Assembly: GCA_030390025.1 (NCBI GenBank)
Contig: JASTWF010000034.1
Span: 4,464,001 to 4,528,000, forward strand
Reading direction: 5' to 3'
DNA: 64,000 nt
DNA from: Squalus acanthias
Taxonomy: Eukaryota
Shown: piece by piece, positions 24,723 to 39,700 of the stretch
Position numbering within the stretch: the first letter of the stretch is position 1
How the letters are laid out: every line of letters starts with the position of its first letter
The notes under the pieces: generated by a model
The model's input: only the letters and a program-made list of their open reading frames with translations
Databases searched by the model: none
What the model was told of the DNA's origin: nothing
Position numbers and translations under genes: made by a program

Positions 24723-27334
24723 TACTTTATTCCCTGGTGTAGAGTTTATCATGTCAAATTAATAATTAACTGTAACATTATTCCCCGGTGTTGAGGGAAT
24801 CATATCTAAATTAAGAATTGAGTGTTCATTTATAACCCGGTGTAGAGGGCATCATGTCAAATTAATAATTATCCTTAACTTTATTCCCCAGTGTAGAGGA
24901 TATCATTTCAAATTAACAATTAACTGTAAATTTATTCCCTGGTGAAGAGGATATCATGTCAATTTAGCAAGTACCGGTAATTTTTTTCCCCGGTGTAGCG
25001 GGTATCATATCAAATTAACAATTAACTGTGACGTTGCTACCCGGTGTAGAGGGTATCATGTCAAATTAACAATCAGCTGTAACTTTTTTCCAATGTGTAG
25101 AGTGTGACATGTCCATTTAAGAATTAACTGTAACTTTATTCACCGCTGTAGAGGGTATCATGTCTAAATTAAAAATTAACTTTTACTTTATTCTCTGGTG
25201 TAGAGGATGTAATATCTAAATCAACACGCTTACAGTAACTTTACTCCACAGTGTAGAGGGTATCATGTCAAATTAACAACTGACGGTAACTATATTCCCC
25301 AGTTTAGAGGGAAACATGTCTAAATTAACAATTAACTGTAACTTTATTACCCGGTGTAGAGGGTATCATTTCAAATTCACAATTGACTGTACATTTATTC
25401 CCCAGTGTAGAGGTTAGCATTTCAAAAAAAACAATTGACTGTAATTATATTCCCCAGTGTATTGTGTATCAGGTCTAAATTAACAATTAACTTTAACTTT
25501 ATTCCCCGGTGTAGAGGGCATCATGTCAAATTAACAATGAACTGTAAATGTATTCTCTCGTGTAGAGGGTATCATATCAAATTTAACAATAAACTGTAAC
25601 TTTTTTCTACAGTGTAGAGGATATTATGTCAAATTCAAAATTAACTGTAACTTTATTCTCTGGTGTAGAGGATATCATGTCTAAATTAACAATAAACTGG
25701 GACTTTATTCCACAGTGTAGAGGGTATCATGACTAAATTAGCAATTAACTGTTACTTTATTCACCGGTTTGGAGGGCATCATGTCTAAATTAACAGTTAA
25801 ATGTAGCTTATTCCCCGGTGTGTGGGGAATCATGTCTAAATTAAAAATAAACTGTAATTTTATTCCCTGATGTAGAGGGTATCATGTCAAATTAACAAAT
25901 TAACTGTAACGTTATTCTCCGGTCTAGAGGGAATCAAGCCTAAATTAACAATTAACTGTAACTTTATTCCCTGGTGTAGAGTGCATCATGTCAAATTAAC
26001 AATTAACTTTAACTTTATTCGCCGGTTTAGAGGGAATCATGTCAAATTAACATTTAACTGAAAATGTATTCCCCGGTGTATAGGATATCATGTCAAATTA
26101 AAAATTGACTGTAACTTTATTCCACAGTGTAGAGGGTGTCATGTCAAATTAAAAATTAACTGTAAATTTATTCCCCGGGTAGAGGGTATCATGTCAAATT
26201 AAAAATTAAATGTAACTTTATTGCCCGGTGTAGAGAGCATCATGTAAAATTAACAATTAACTGTAACTTTATTCGCTGGTGTACAGGTTATTATATCTAC
26301 ATTACCAATTAATTGTAACTTGTTTCCCTGGTGCAGAGGATATCATGTCAAACTAACAATTAACTATAACTTTTATCCCCGGTGTTGAGGATATCATGTC
26401 AAATTAACAATTAACTGTAACTTTATTCCCCGGTGCAGAGGGTATAATGTCTAAAAAATCAATTAACTGAATCTTTTTTCCCCGGTGTAGAGGATATCAT
26501 GTCAAATTAACAATGAACTGTAACTTCATTCCTCGGTGTAAAGGATATCATGTCAACTTAACAATTAACTGTAACTTTATTCTCTGGTGTACAGGATATA
26601 ATGTCAAATTAAAAATTATCTGTAACTTTATTCTCTGGTGTAGAGGATATCGTGTCAAACTAAAAAGTAAATGTAACTTTATTCTCTTGTGTAGAGGATA
26701 TCATGTCTACATTTACAATTAACTGTTACTTTATTCCACAGTGTAGAGGGTAGCATGTCTAAATTAACAATAAACTCTAACACAATTCCCCGGTGTGGAG
26801 GTTAACATCTCTCAATTAACAATTAACTGTTACTTTATTCCCTGGTGTAGAGTGTATCATCTCAAATTAATAATTAACTCTTACTTTATTCCCCTGTCTA
26901 GAGGGAATCATGTCTAAATTAACATTTCACAGCAACTTTATTACACGGTGCAGAGGGCATCATGTCAAATTAACTTTTAACTGTAACTTTATTCCCCGGT
27001 GCAGAGGGAATCATGTCAAGTTAAAATTTAACAGAAAATTTATTCTACAGTTTAGAGGGTATCATGACTAATTTATCAATTGACAGTTACTTTATTTCCC
27101 AGTGAAGTGGGTACAATGTCTAAATTAACAATGAACTGTAAGTTTATTACCTGGTGTAGATTGTATCATGTCAATTTAATAATTAATTGTAATTTTTATT
27201 CCCCGGTCTAGAGGGTATCAAGTAAAATTAGCAATTAACTGTAACATTATTCCCCGGCGTAGAGGGGACCATGTCTAAATTAACAATTAACTGTAACTTT
27301 ATTCCCCGGTGTAGAGGGAATCATGTCAAATTAA

Positions 27335-27767
27335 TTGTGGGCAACACGGTGGCATAGTGGTTAGCACTGGTGCTTCACAGCGCCAGAGACCCGGGTTCGA
27401 ATCTGACCTCGGGTAACTGTCTTTGTGGAGTTTGCACTTTCTCCCCGTGTCTTCGTGGGTTTCCTCCGGTTGCTCCGGTTTCCTCCCACAGTCCAAAAAT
27501 GTGCGGGTTAGGTTGATTTGGCTATGATAAATTGACCCTTAGTGTTAGGGGGGATTAAATATGTGGGGTTATGGGGATAGGATGGGATATGTTAGGGGGA
27601 ATTAAATACGTGGGGTTACGGGGATAGGGTGGGATAGGTGCAGGCTCGATGTGGGGATTCAGTGTGAGAAAGCAGGGACAGGGTACTGGATTTGGAAGAT
27701 CAGCCATGATCGTATTGAATGGTGGAGCAGGCTCGAATGACCTACTCCTGCTCCTAGGTTTCTATGT
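27335..27767 (+). mobile_element. Full-length V-SINE (HE1-like) with a CR1-derived 3' tail
   Basis: A and B boxes, V-domain, then gatcagccatgatcgtattgaatggtggagcaggctcg...cctactcctgctccta, matching the CR1 3' UTRs here. ttaa occurs on both sides. Confidence 0.92.
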
Positions 27768-30700
27768 TTAACATTTAACTTAAAGTTTATTACTTGGTGT
27801 CGAGTGCATCATGTCTAAATTAACAATTAACTGTAACATTATTCCCCGGTGTAGAGGGTACAATTTCAAATGAACAATTCACTGTATCTTTATTCCCGGT
27901 TTAGAGGGTATCATGTAAAATTAGCAATTAACTGTAACATTATTCCCCTGGATAGAGGGTTTCATGTCAAATTAATAATTAACTGTAACATTATTCCCCG
28001 GTGTTGAGGGAATCATATCTAAATTAAGAATTGACTGTTAATTTATAACCCGGTGTAGAGGGCATCATGTCAAATTAATAATTAACTGTAACTTTATTCT
28101 CTGGTATAGAGGGTATCATGTCTAAATTAACAATTAACTGTAACTATTTTCTCCGGCGTAGAGGACATCATGTCAAATTAACAATTAACTGTAACGATAT
28201 TCCCCAGTGGAGAGGGTATCTTGACAGATTAACATTTAACTTCAACTTTATTCCCTGGTGTTGAGGGCATCATGTCAAATTAACAATTAACTGTAACTTT
28301 ATTCTTTGGTATAGAAGGTATCATGTCTAAATTAACAATTAACTGTAACGATATTCCCTGGTGTAGAGGACATCATGTCAAATTAACAATTATCTGGTAC
28401 TTTAATCCACAGTTTAGAGTTTATCATGTCTAAATTAACTATTAACTGTAAAATTATTCCCCGGTGTAGAGATATCATGTCTCAATTAACAATGAACTGT
28501 AACTTTATGCCCTGATGTAGTGGGAAACATGTCTAAATTAACAATTAATTGTAACTATATTCTCCGGTGTAGTGGGAAACATGTCTAAATTAACAATGAA
28601 CTGTAACTTCATTCCCCGGTGTAAAGGATATCATGTCAATTTAACAATTAACTGTAACTTTATTCTCTGGTGCACAGGATATAATGTCAAATTGAAAAAT
28701 AATTGTAAATTTATTCTCTGGTGTAGCGGATATCATGAGAAATTAAAAAATATCTGTAACTTTATTCTCTGGTGTAGAGGATATCGTGTCAAACTAAAAA
28801 TTAAATGTAACGTTATTCTCTTGTGTAGAGGAAATCATGTCTACATTAACAATAAACTGTAACACAATTCCCTGGTGTTGAGGTTAACATCTCTCAATTA
28901 ACAATTAACTGTTACTTTATTCCCTGGTGTAGAGTGTATCATCTCAAAATAATAATTAACTCTTACTTTATTCCCCTGTCCAGAGGGCATCATGTCGAAA
29001 TTAAAATTTTAATTGCAACTTTATTACACGTTGCAGAGGGCATCATGTCAAATTAACATTTAACTGTATCTTTACTGCCCGGTGCAGAGGGAATCATGTC
29101 AAGTTAACATTTAACAGACAATTTATTCTCCGGTTTAAAGTGTATCATGACTAATTTATCATTTGACTGTTACTTTATTTCCCAGTAAAGCGCGTACAAT
29201 GTCTAAATTAACAATGAACTGTAAGTGTATTACCTCGTGTAGATTGTATCATGTCAATTTAATAACTAATTGTAATTTTTATTCCCCGGTCTAGAGGGTA
29301 TCATGTAAAATTAGCAATTAACGGTAACATTATTCCCCGGCATAGAGGGTATCATGTCAAATTAACAATGAATTGTAACTTTATTCCCTGGTGTAGAGTT
29401 TATCATGTCAAATTAATAATTAACTGTAACATTATTCCCCGGTGTTGAGGGAATCATATCTAAATTAGGAATCGACTGTTAATTTATAACCCGGTGTAGA
29501 GGGCATCATGTCAAATTAATAATTATCCTTAACTTTATTCCCCAGTGTCGAGGATATCATTTCAAATTAACGATTAACTGTAACTCACTTCCCTGGTGAA
29601 GAGGATATCATGTCAAATTAACAAGTACCGGTAATTTGTTTCCCCGGTGTAGCAGGTATCATTTCAAATTAACAATTAACTGTGACTTTTCTACCCGGTG
29701 TAGAGGGTATCATGGCAAATTAACAATCAGCTGTAACTTTATTCCAAGGTGTAGAGTGTGACATGTCCATTTAACAATTAACTGTAACATTATTCACCGG
29801 TGTAGAGGGTATCATGTCTAAATTAAAAATTAACTTTTACTTTATTCTCTGGTGTAGAGGATGTAATATCTAAATTAACACGCCTACAGTAACTTTACTC
29901 CACAGTGTAGAGGGTATCATGTCAAATTAACAACTGACGGTAACTATATTCCCCGGTTTAGAGGGCATCAGGTCCAAATTAACAATTAACTGTAACTTTA
30001 TTACCCGGTGTACAGGATATCATTTCAAATTCACAATTGACTGTATATTTATTCCCCAGTGTAGCGGTTATCATTTCAAAAAAACAAATGACTGCAATTA
30101 TATTCCCCGGTGTATTGAGTATCAGGTCTAAATTAACAATTAACTGGATCTTTTTTCCCCGGTGTACAGGTTATCATGTCAAATTAACAATGAACTATAA
30201 CTTCATTCCCCGGTGTAAAGGATATAAAGTCAAATTAAAAAATAATTGTAAATTTATTCTCTGCTGTAGCGGATATCATGTGAAATTCCCCGTGTGGAGG
30301 TTAACATCACTCAATTAACAATTAACTGTTACTTTATTCCCTGGTGTGGAGTGTATCATCTCAAATTAATAATTAACTCTTATTTTATTCCCCTGTCTAG
30401 AGAGAATCATTTCTAAATTAACATTTAACTGCAACTTTATTATAAAGTGAAGTGGGTACAATGTCTAAATTAACAAAGAATTGTAAGTTTAACACCTGGC
30501 GTAGATTGTATCATGTCAATTTAGTAATTAACTGTAATTTTTATTCCCCGGTGTAGAGGGTATCAAGTAAAATTAGCAATTAACTGTAACATTATTCCCC
30601 GGCGTAGAGGGTATCATGTCTAAATTAACAATTTACTGTAACTTTATTCCCCGATTTAGAGGGAATCATGTCAAATTAACATTTAACTTAAACTTTATTC

Positions 30701-33700
30701 CTTGGTGTAGAGTGCATCATGTCTAAATTAACAATTAACTGTAACATTATTCCCCGGTGTAGAGGGTACAATTTCAAATGAACAAGTCACTGTATCTTTA
30801 TTCCCCGGTTTAGAGGATATCATGTAAAATTAGCAATTAACTGTAACATTATTCCCCGGCACAGAGGGTATCATGTCAAATTAACAATGAATTGTAACTT
30901 TATTCCCTGGTGCAGAGTTTATCATGTCAAATTAATAATTAACTGTAACATTATTCCCCGGTGTTGAGGGAATCATATCTAACTTAAGAATCGACTGTTA
31001 ATTTATAACCCGGTGTAGAGGACATCATGTCAAATTAATAATTATCCTTAACTTTATTCCCCAGTGTAGAGGATATCATTTCAAATTAACAATTAACTGT
31101 AAATTTATTCCCTGGTGAAGAGGATATCATGTCAATTTATCAAGTACCGGTAATTTTTTTCCCCGGTGTAGCGGGTATCATATCAAATTAACAATTAACT
31201 GTGACTTTTCTACCCGGTGCAGAGGATATCATGTCAAATTAACAATCAGCTGTAACTTTATTCACCGCTGTAGAGGGTATCATGTCAAAATTAAAAAATA
31301 ACTTTTACTTTATTCTCCGGTGTAGAGGATGTAATATCTAAATTAACACGCTTACAGTAACTTTACTCCACAGTGTAGAGGGTATCATGTCAAATTAACA
31401 ACTGACAGTAACTATATTCCGCGGTTAAGAGGGCATCAGGTCTAAATTAACAATTAACTGGAACTTTATTACCCGGCGTAGAGGGTATCATTTCAAATTC
31501 ACAATTGACTGTATATTTATTCACCAGTGTAGAGGTTATCATTTCAAAAAAACAATTGACTGTAATTATATTCCCCGGTGTATTGAGTATCAGGTCTGAA
31601 TTGACAATTAACTTTAACTTCATTCCCCGGTGTAGAGGGCATCATGTCAAATTAACAATTAACTGTAAATTTATTCTCCCGTGTAGATCGTATCATATCA
31701 AATTTAACAATAAACTGTAACTTTTTTCTACAGTGTAGAGGATATCATGTCAAATTCAAAATTAACTGTAACTTTATTCTCTGGTGTACAGGATATCATG
31801 TCTAAATTAACAATAAACTGTGACTTTTTTCGCTGGTGTAGAGTGCATCATTTCAAATTAACAATTAACTTTAACTTTATTCGCCGGTTTAGAGGGAATC
31901 ATGTCAAATTAACATTTAACTGAAAATGTATTCCCCGTTGTATAGGATATCATGTCAAAATAACAATTGACTGTAACTTTATTCCACAGTGTAGAGGGTG
32001 TCATGTCAAATTAAAAATTAACTGTAAATTTATTCCCCGGGGTAGAGGGTATCATGTCAAATTAAAAATTAAATGTAACTTTATTGCCCGGTGCAGAGAG
32101 CATCATGTAAAATTATCAATTAACTGTAACTTTATTCGCTGGTGTACAGGTTATTATATCTACATTACCAATTAATTGTAACATGTTTCCCTGGTGCAGA
32201 GGATATCATGTCAAATTAACAATGAACTGTAACTTCATTCCTCGGTGTAAAGGATATCATGTCAATTTAACAATTAACTGTAACTTTATTCTCTGGTGTA
32301 CAGGATATAATGTCAATTTAAAAATTAATTGTAAATTTATTCTCTGGTGTATCAGATATCATGTGGAATTAAAAATTATCTGTAACTTTATTCTCTGGTG
32401 TAGAGGATATTATGTCAAACTAAAAAGTAAATGTAACTTTATTCTCTTGTGCAGAGGATATCATGCCTAAATTAACAATTCACTGTAACTTTATTCCCCG
32501 GTGTAGAGGGCATCATGCCTAAATTAACCGTTAAATGTAACTTTATTCCCCTTTGTAGATGGTATCATGTCTAAATTAACAATTAACTGTAACTCTATTC
32601 CCCGGTTTGGAGAGCATCATGTAAACATTAACAATTAACTGTAACTTTATTCCCCAATGTAGAAGAAATCATGTGTAAATTAACAATTAAATGTAACTGT
32701 ATTCCCCGGTGTAGAGGGCATCATGGAAAATTAACAACTAACTGTAACTTTATTCTCCGGTGTAGAGGGCATCATGTCTAAGTTAACAATTAAAGGTAAC
32801 TATATTCGCCGGAATGGAGGGTATCATATCGAAATTAACAATTAACTGTACCTTTATTCCCCGGTGTAGAGGGAATCATGTCTCTGTTAACAACCTACTG
32901 TTACTTTATCACACGGTGTAGGGGGTATCATGTCTAAATTAACAATTCACTGTAACTTTATTCCCCGGTGTAGAGGGCATCATGTCTAAATAAACCATTA
33001 AATGTAACTTGATTCCCCTTTGTAGAAGGTGTCATATCTAAATTAACAATTAACTGTAACTCTATTCCGTGGTGTAGAGCACATCATGTCAAAATTAGCA
33101 ATTAACTGTAACTATATTCCCCGGTGTGGAGGGAATCATCTCTGAATTAACAATTAAATGTAACTTTATTCACCGTTGTAGAGAGCAGCATTTAAAATTA
33201 AATATTAACTGTATCTATATTCACTGGCGTAGAGGGTATCATGTCAAATTAACAAATAACTAACTTTATTCCCCGATGTAGAAGGAATCATGTCTAAATT
33301 AACAATTAATTGTAACTTTATTCTACTGTGTAGCGAAAATCATGTCTAAATTTAGAATTAACTGTAACATTATTCCCCTGTGCAGAGGGTATCATGTCTA
33401 AATTATCAATTTACTGTAACTTTATTCCCCAGTGTAGAGGGCATCATGTCGAAATTAAGAAGTAACTGGAACTTTATTCCCCGGTGTAGAGGGCATAATG
33501 TCAAGTTAACAATTAACTGTAACCTTATTCTGCGTTGTAGAGGGTATCATTTCAAATTAACAATAAAGTGTAAATATATTCCCTGATGTAGAGGGTATCA
33601 TGTCAAATTAAATAATAACTGTAACTTTGTATCCTCAGTGTAGAGGGTATGATGTTTAAATTGACAATTAACTGTTACTTTATACTCTGGTGTAAAGGGT

Positions 33701-36700
33701 AGCACGTCAAATTAGCAATTGCCAGTAACTTTATTCCCTGGTGTGGCGGGAATCATTTCTTAATTTACAATTAATTGTAAAATTATTCCCCTGTGTAGAA
33801 GGTATCATGTCTAAATTATCAATTATCTGTAACTTTATTCACCCGTGTAGAGAGCATCATGTCAAATTAACAATTAACTGTAACTATATCCCCCGGTGTT
33901 GAGGGAATCATGTCTAAATTAACAAATTAACTGTAAATGTATTCCCCTGTGTAGAAAGTATCATGTCAAATTAACAATTGACAGTAAGTTTATTCCCCGG
34001 TATACAGGGTAACATGTCTAAATTAACAATTAACTGTAACTTTACTTTCCGGTTTAGTGGGAATCATGTCTAAATTAACAAGTAACTGTAAGTTTATTCT
34101 CCGGTGTAGAGGGTATCATGTCGAAATTAACAATCAACTGTAACTTTATTCCCCGGTGTAGAGGGTGCCATTTCAAAGTAACTCCATCTTCATTCCCCAG
34201 TGTAGAGATTATCATGTTAAGAAACTGACTGTAACTTTTCACCCCAGTGCAGAGGGCATCATGTCAAATTATCAATTACATGTAACTTCATTCCCCGGTG
34301 TCGAGGGAATCATGAATAAATTAACAGTTAACTGTTAATTTATTCCCTGGTGTAGAGGGTATCATCTCTAAGTTAACAATTAACTGTAACTTTATTCCCC
34401 GGTGTAGATGATATCATATCAAATTACCAATTAACTGTAAAAACAATTCCCGGTGTAGAGCGTATCATGTCAAATTAACAATTAACTGTAACTTTATTCA
34501 ACGATTTGGTGGGTATCATATTTAAATTAACAATTAAATGTAGTTTATTCACCAGTGTAGAGGTTATCATGTCTAAATTAACAATTAACTATAACTTTAT
34601 TCCCCGGTGTAGCGGAGATCATGTCAAATTAACAATTAACTGTAACTTTAGTCCCCGGTGTAGAGGGCTTCCTGTCAAAATTAACAATTAACTGTCAAAT
34701 TATTCCACAGTGTAGAGGGTATCATTTCAAAATTAGCAATTGACTATAACTTTATTCTATGTTGTGCAGGGAATTATGTCTAAATTAACAATTTACTGTT
34801 AATGTATTCCCCTCTGTAGAAGGTATTATATCTAAATTAACAATTAACTGTAACTTTATTCCCGGTGTAGATGGCATCATGTCAAATTAACAATTAATTG
34901 AAACTTTATTCCTGGGTGTAGAGTGTATCATGCCTAAATTAACAATTCAGTGTAACTTTATTCCCCGGTGTTGAGGGCATCATGCCTAAATTAACAATTC
35001 ACTGTAACTTTATTCCCCAGTGTAGAGGGTACCATTTCAAAGTAACTCCATCTTTATTCCCCAGTGTGGAGATTATCATGTTAAGAAAATGACTGTAACT
35101 TTTCACCCCAGTGTAGAGGGCATCATGTCAAATTATCAATTACATGTAACTTCATTCCCCGGTGTCGAGGGAATCATGAATAAATTAACAGTTAACTGTC
35201 AATTTATTCCCTGGTGTAGAGGGTATCTTCTCTAAGTTAACAATTAACTGTAACTTAATTCCCCGGTGTAGATGATATCATATCAAATTGCCAATTAACT
35301 GTAAAAACAATTCCCGGGGTAGAGCGTATCATGTCAAATTAACAATTAACTGTAACTTTATTCCCCGGTATACAGGGTATCATGTCTCAATTAACAATTA
35401 ACTGTAACTTTATTATCAGGTGTAGAGGGCATCATGTCTCAATTAACAATTTACTGCAACTTTATTTCCCGGTGCAGAGCGCATCATGTCAAAATTAGCA
35501 ATTAACTGTAAGTTTATTCACCAGTGTAGAGGTTATCATGTCTAAATTAACAATTAACTATAACTTTATTCCCCGGTGTAGCGGATATCATTTCAAATTA
35601 ACAATTAACTGTAACTTTAGTCCCCGGTGTAGAGGGCTTCCTGTCAAACTTAACAATTAACTGTCAAATTATTCCACAGTGTAGAGGGTATCATTTCAAA
35701 ATTAGCAATTGACTGTAACTTTATTCTATATTGTGCAGGGAATCATGTCTAAATTAACAATTTACTGTTAATGTATTCTCCTGTGTAGAAGATATTATAT
35801 CTAAATTAACAATTAACTGTAACTTTATTCCCCAGTGTAGATGGCATCATGTCAAATTAACAATTAATTGCAACTTTATTCCAGGGTGTAGAGTGTATCA
35901 TGCATAAATTAACAATTCACTGTAAATTTATTTCCCGGTGTAGAGGGCATCATGCCTAAATTAACAGTTAAATGTTACTTTATTCCCCTTTTTAGAAGGT
36001 ATCATGTCTAAATTAACAATTAACTGTAACTGTATTCCCCGGTGTAGAGGGCATCATGGAAAATTTACAACTAACTGTAACTTTATTCTCCGGTGTAGAG
36101 GGCATCATGTCTAAGTTAACAATTAAAGGTAACTATATTCCCCGGACTGGAGGGTATCAAATCGAAATTAACAATTAACTGTAAGTTTATTCCCCGGAGT
36201 AGAGGGAATCATGTCTAAATTAACTGTAAGTTTATTCCCCGGTGCAGAGGGTATCATGTCTCTGTTAACAACCTACTGTTACTTTATCACACTGTGTAGG
36301 GGGTATCATGTCTAAATTAACAATTCACTGTAACTTTATTCCCCACTGTAGAGGGCATCATGTCTAAATTAACCATTAAATGTAGCTTGATTCCCCTTTG
36401 TAGAAGGTATCATATCTAAATTAACAATTAACTGTAACGCTATTCTTCGGTTTAGAGGGTATCGTTTCTAAATTAACAATTAACTGTAACTTTATTCCCC
36501 GGTGTAGAGGGCGTAATGGAAAATTAACAATTAACTGTAACTTTATTCCCTGGTGTAGAGCACATCATTTCAAAATTAGCAATTAACTGTAACTATATTC
36601 CCCGGTGTGGAGGGAATCATGTCTAAATTAACAATTAAATGTAACTTTATTCACCGTTGTAGAGGGCTGCATTTAAAAATAAATATTAACTGTAACTATA

Positions 36701-39700
36701 TTCACTGGCGTAGAGGGTATCATGTCAAATTAACAAATAACTGTAACTTTATTCCCCGATGTAGAACGAATCATGTCTAAATTAACAATTAATTGTAACT
36801 TTATTCAACTATGTAGCGAAAATCATGTCTAAATTAACAATTAACTGTAACTTTATTCCCCTGTGTAGAGGGTATCATGTCTAAATTATCAATTAACTGT
36901 AACTTTATTCCCCAGTGTAGAGGGCATCATGTCGAAATTAAGAAGTACCTGTAACTTTATTTCCCGGTGTAGAGGGCATAATGTCAAATTAACAATTAAC
37001 TGTAACCTTATTCTGCGTTGTAGAGGGTATCATTTCAAATTAAAAATAAAGTGTAAATATATTCCCTGATGTAGAGGGTATCATGTCAAATTAAATAATA
37101 ACTGTAACTTTGTATCCTCAGTGTAGAGGGTATGATGTTTAAATTGACAATTAACTGTTACTTTATACTCTGGTGTAAAGGGTAGCACGTCAAATTAGCA
37201 ATTGCCAGTAACTTTATTCCCTGGTGTGGCGGGAATCATTTCTTAATTTACAACTAACTGTAAATTTATTCCCCTGTGTAGAAGGTATCATGTCTAAATT
37301 AACATTTATCTGTAACTTTATTCAGCCGTTTAGAGGGCATCATGTCAAATTAACAATTAACTGTACCTTTATTCTGCAGGAAAGAGAGCATCATGTCAAA
37401 TTAACAATTAACTGTAACTTTATTCTGCAGTATAGAGAGCATCATTTCAAATTAACAAGTAACGGTAACTATATCCCCCGGTGTTGAGGGAATCTTGTCT
37501 AAATTAACAAATTAACTGTAAATGTATTCCCCTGTGTAGAAGGTATCATGTCAAATTAACAATTAACAGTAACTTTATTCCCCGGTATGCAGGGTATCAT
37601 GTCCAAATTTATAATTAACTGTAACTTTATTTCCCTATTTAGAGGGAATCATGTCTAAATTAACAAGTAACTGTAAGTTTATTCTCCGGTGTAGAGGGTA
37701 TCCTGTCTTTGTTAACAACTTACTGTAACTTTATCACCCGGTCTAGGGGGTATCATGTCTAAATTAACAAGTAAATGTAATTTTATTCCCCGGTTTAGAG
37801 GGCATCAAGTCAAATTAACAATTAATTTTAACATTATTCCCCACTGTAGAGGATATCATGTCAAATTAACAATTAAATATAACTTTATTCCACGGTGAAG
37901 AGGATATCATGTCAAATTAACAATTACCAGTAAATTTATTCCCTCGTGTAGAGGGTTTCATGCCGAAATTAAGAATCTACTGATAATTTATTCCCCGGGG
38001 TAGAGGGTACCATTTCAAATTAACTCCCTCTTTATTCCCCAGGGTACAGATTATCATGTTAAAAAAATGACTGTAACTTTTTACCCCAGTGTAGAGGGCA
38101 TCATGTCAAATTATCAATTACATGTAACTTCATTCCCCGGTGTCGAGGGAATCATGAATAAATTAACAGTTAACTGTTAATTTATTCCCTGGTGTAGAGG
38201 ATATCATCCCTAAGTTAACAATTAACTGTAACTTTATTCCCCGGTGTAGAGGATATCATATCAAATTACCAATTAATTGTATAAAAAATCCCGGTGTAGT
38301 TGGTATCATATCAAATTAACAATTAACTGTAACTTTATTCCCCGGTATACAGGGTAGCATTTCTAAATTAACAATTAACTGTAATTTTATTATCAGGTGT
38401 TGAGGGCATCATGTCTCAATTAACAATTAACTGTAACTTTATTTCCCGGTGTAGAGCGCATCATGTCAAAATTAGCAATTAACTGCAACTATATTCCCCG
38501 GTGTGGAGGGAATCATGTCTAAATTCACAATTAAACGTAACTTTATTTCTCTTTGCAGAACGTATCATGTCAAAATTAGCAATTAACTGTAACTATATTC
38601 CCCGGTGTGGAGGGAATCATGTCTAAATTAAACATTAAATGTAATGTTTTTCCCTTTGTAGGAGGTAGCATGTCTTAATTTCCCATTAACTGTAACTATA
38701 TACCCCGGTTTGGAGGGAATCATGTCTAAATTAACAATTAACAGTTACTTTATTCACCGTTGTAGAGGGCACCATGTCTGAATTAAAAATTAACTGTAAA
38801 TGTATTCACCATTGCAGAGCGCATCATTTCAAATTAAAAATTAAGTGTAACTATATTCACTAGTGTAGAGGGTATCATGTCAAATTAAAAATTAACTAAC
38901 TTTATTACCCAATGTAAAAGGAATCATGTCTAATTAGCAATTAACTGTAAATGTAATCCCCAGTGTAGAGGGCATCATGTCGAAATTCACAAATAAATGG
39001 AAATTTATTCTCCATTGTAGAGGGCATCATGTCTAAGTTAACGATTAACTGTAACTTTATTCCTCGGTGTAGAGGGTATCATTTCAAATTAACAATTAAT
39101 TGTAACATTATTCCCCGGTGTAGAGAGTATCATGTCTAAATTAACAATGAAATGTAACTTTATTCTCTTTTGTAGAGTTTATCATGTGAAATTAATAAAT
39201 AACTGTAACATTATTCCCCTGTGTAGAGGGCATCATGTCAAATTAATAATTATCCTTAACTTTATTCCCCAGTGTATAGGATATCATTTCAAATTAACAA
39301 TTAACTGTAAAGTTCTTCCCTGGTGTAGGGGGTATCATATCAAATTAACAATTAACTGTGACTTTTTTACCCGGTGTAGAGGCAAACATGTCTAAATTAA
39401 CAATAAACTTTAACTTTATTCCGCAGTGTAGGGAGCATCATGTCAAATTAAAATTAACTGTAAGTTTATTCTCTGTTGTAGAGGGCATCATGTCAAATCA
39501 ACAATTAACAGTAACTATATTCCCCGGTGTAGTGGGAAACATGTCTAAATTAACAATTAACTGTAACTTTATTCCCCGATGTAGAGGGAATCATTTCAAA
39601 TTAACATTTAACTTAAACTTTATTCCTTGGTGTAGAGTGAATCATGTCTAAATTAAGAATTAACTGTAACATTATTCCCCGGTGTAGAGTGTATAATTTC

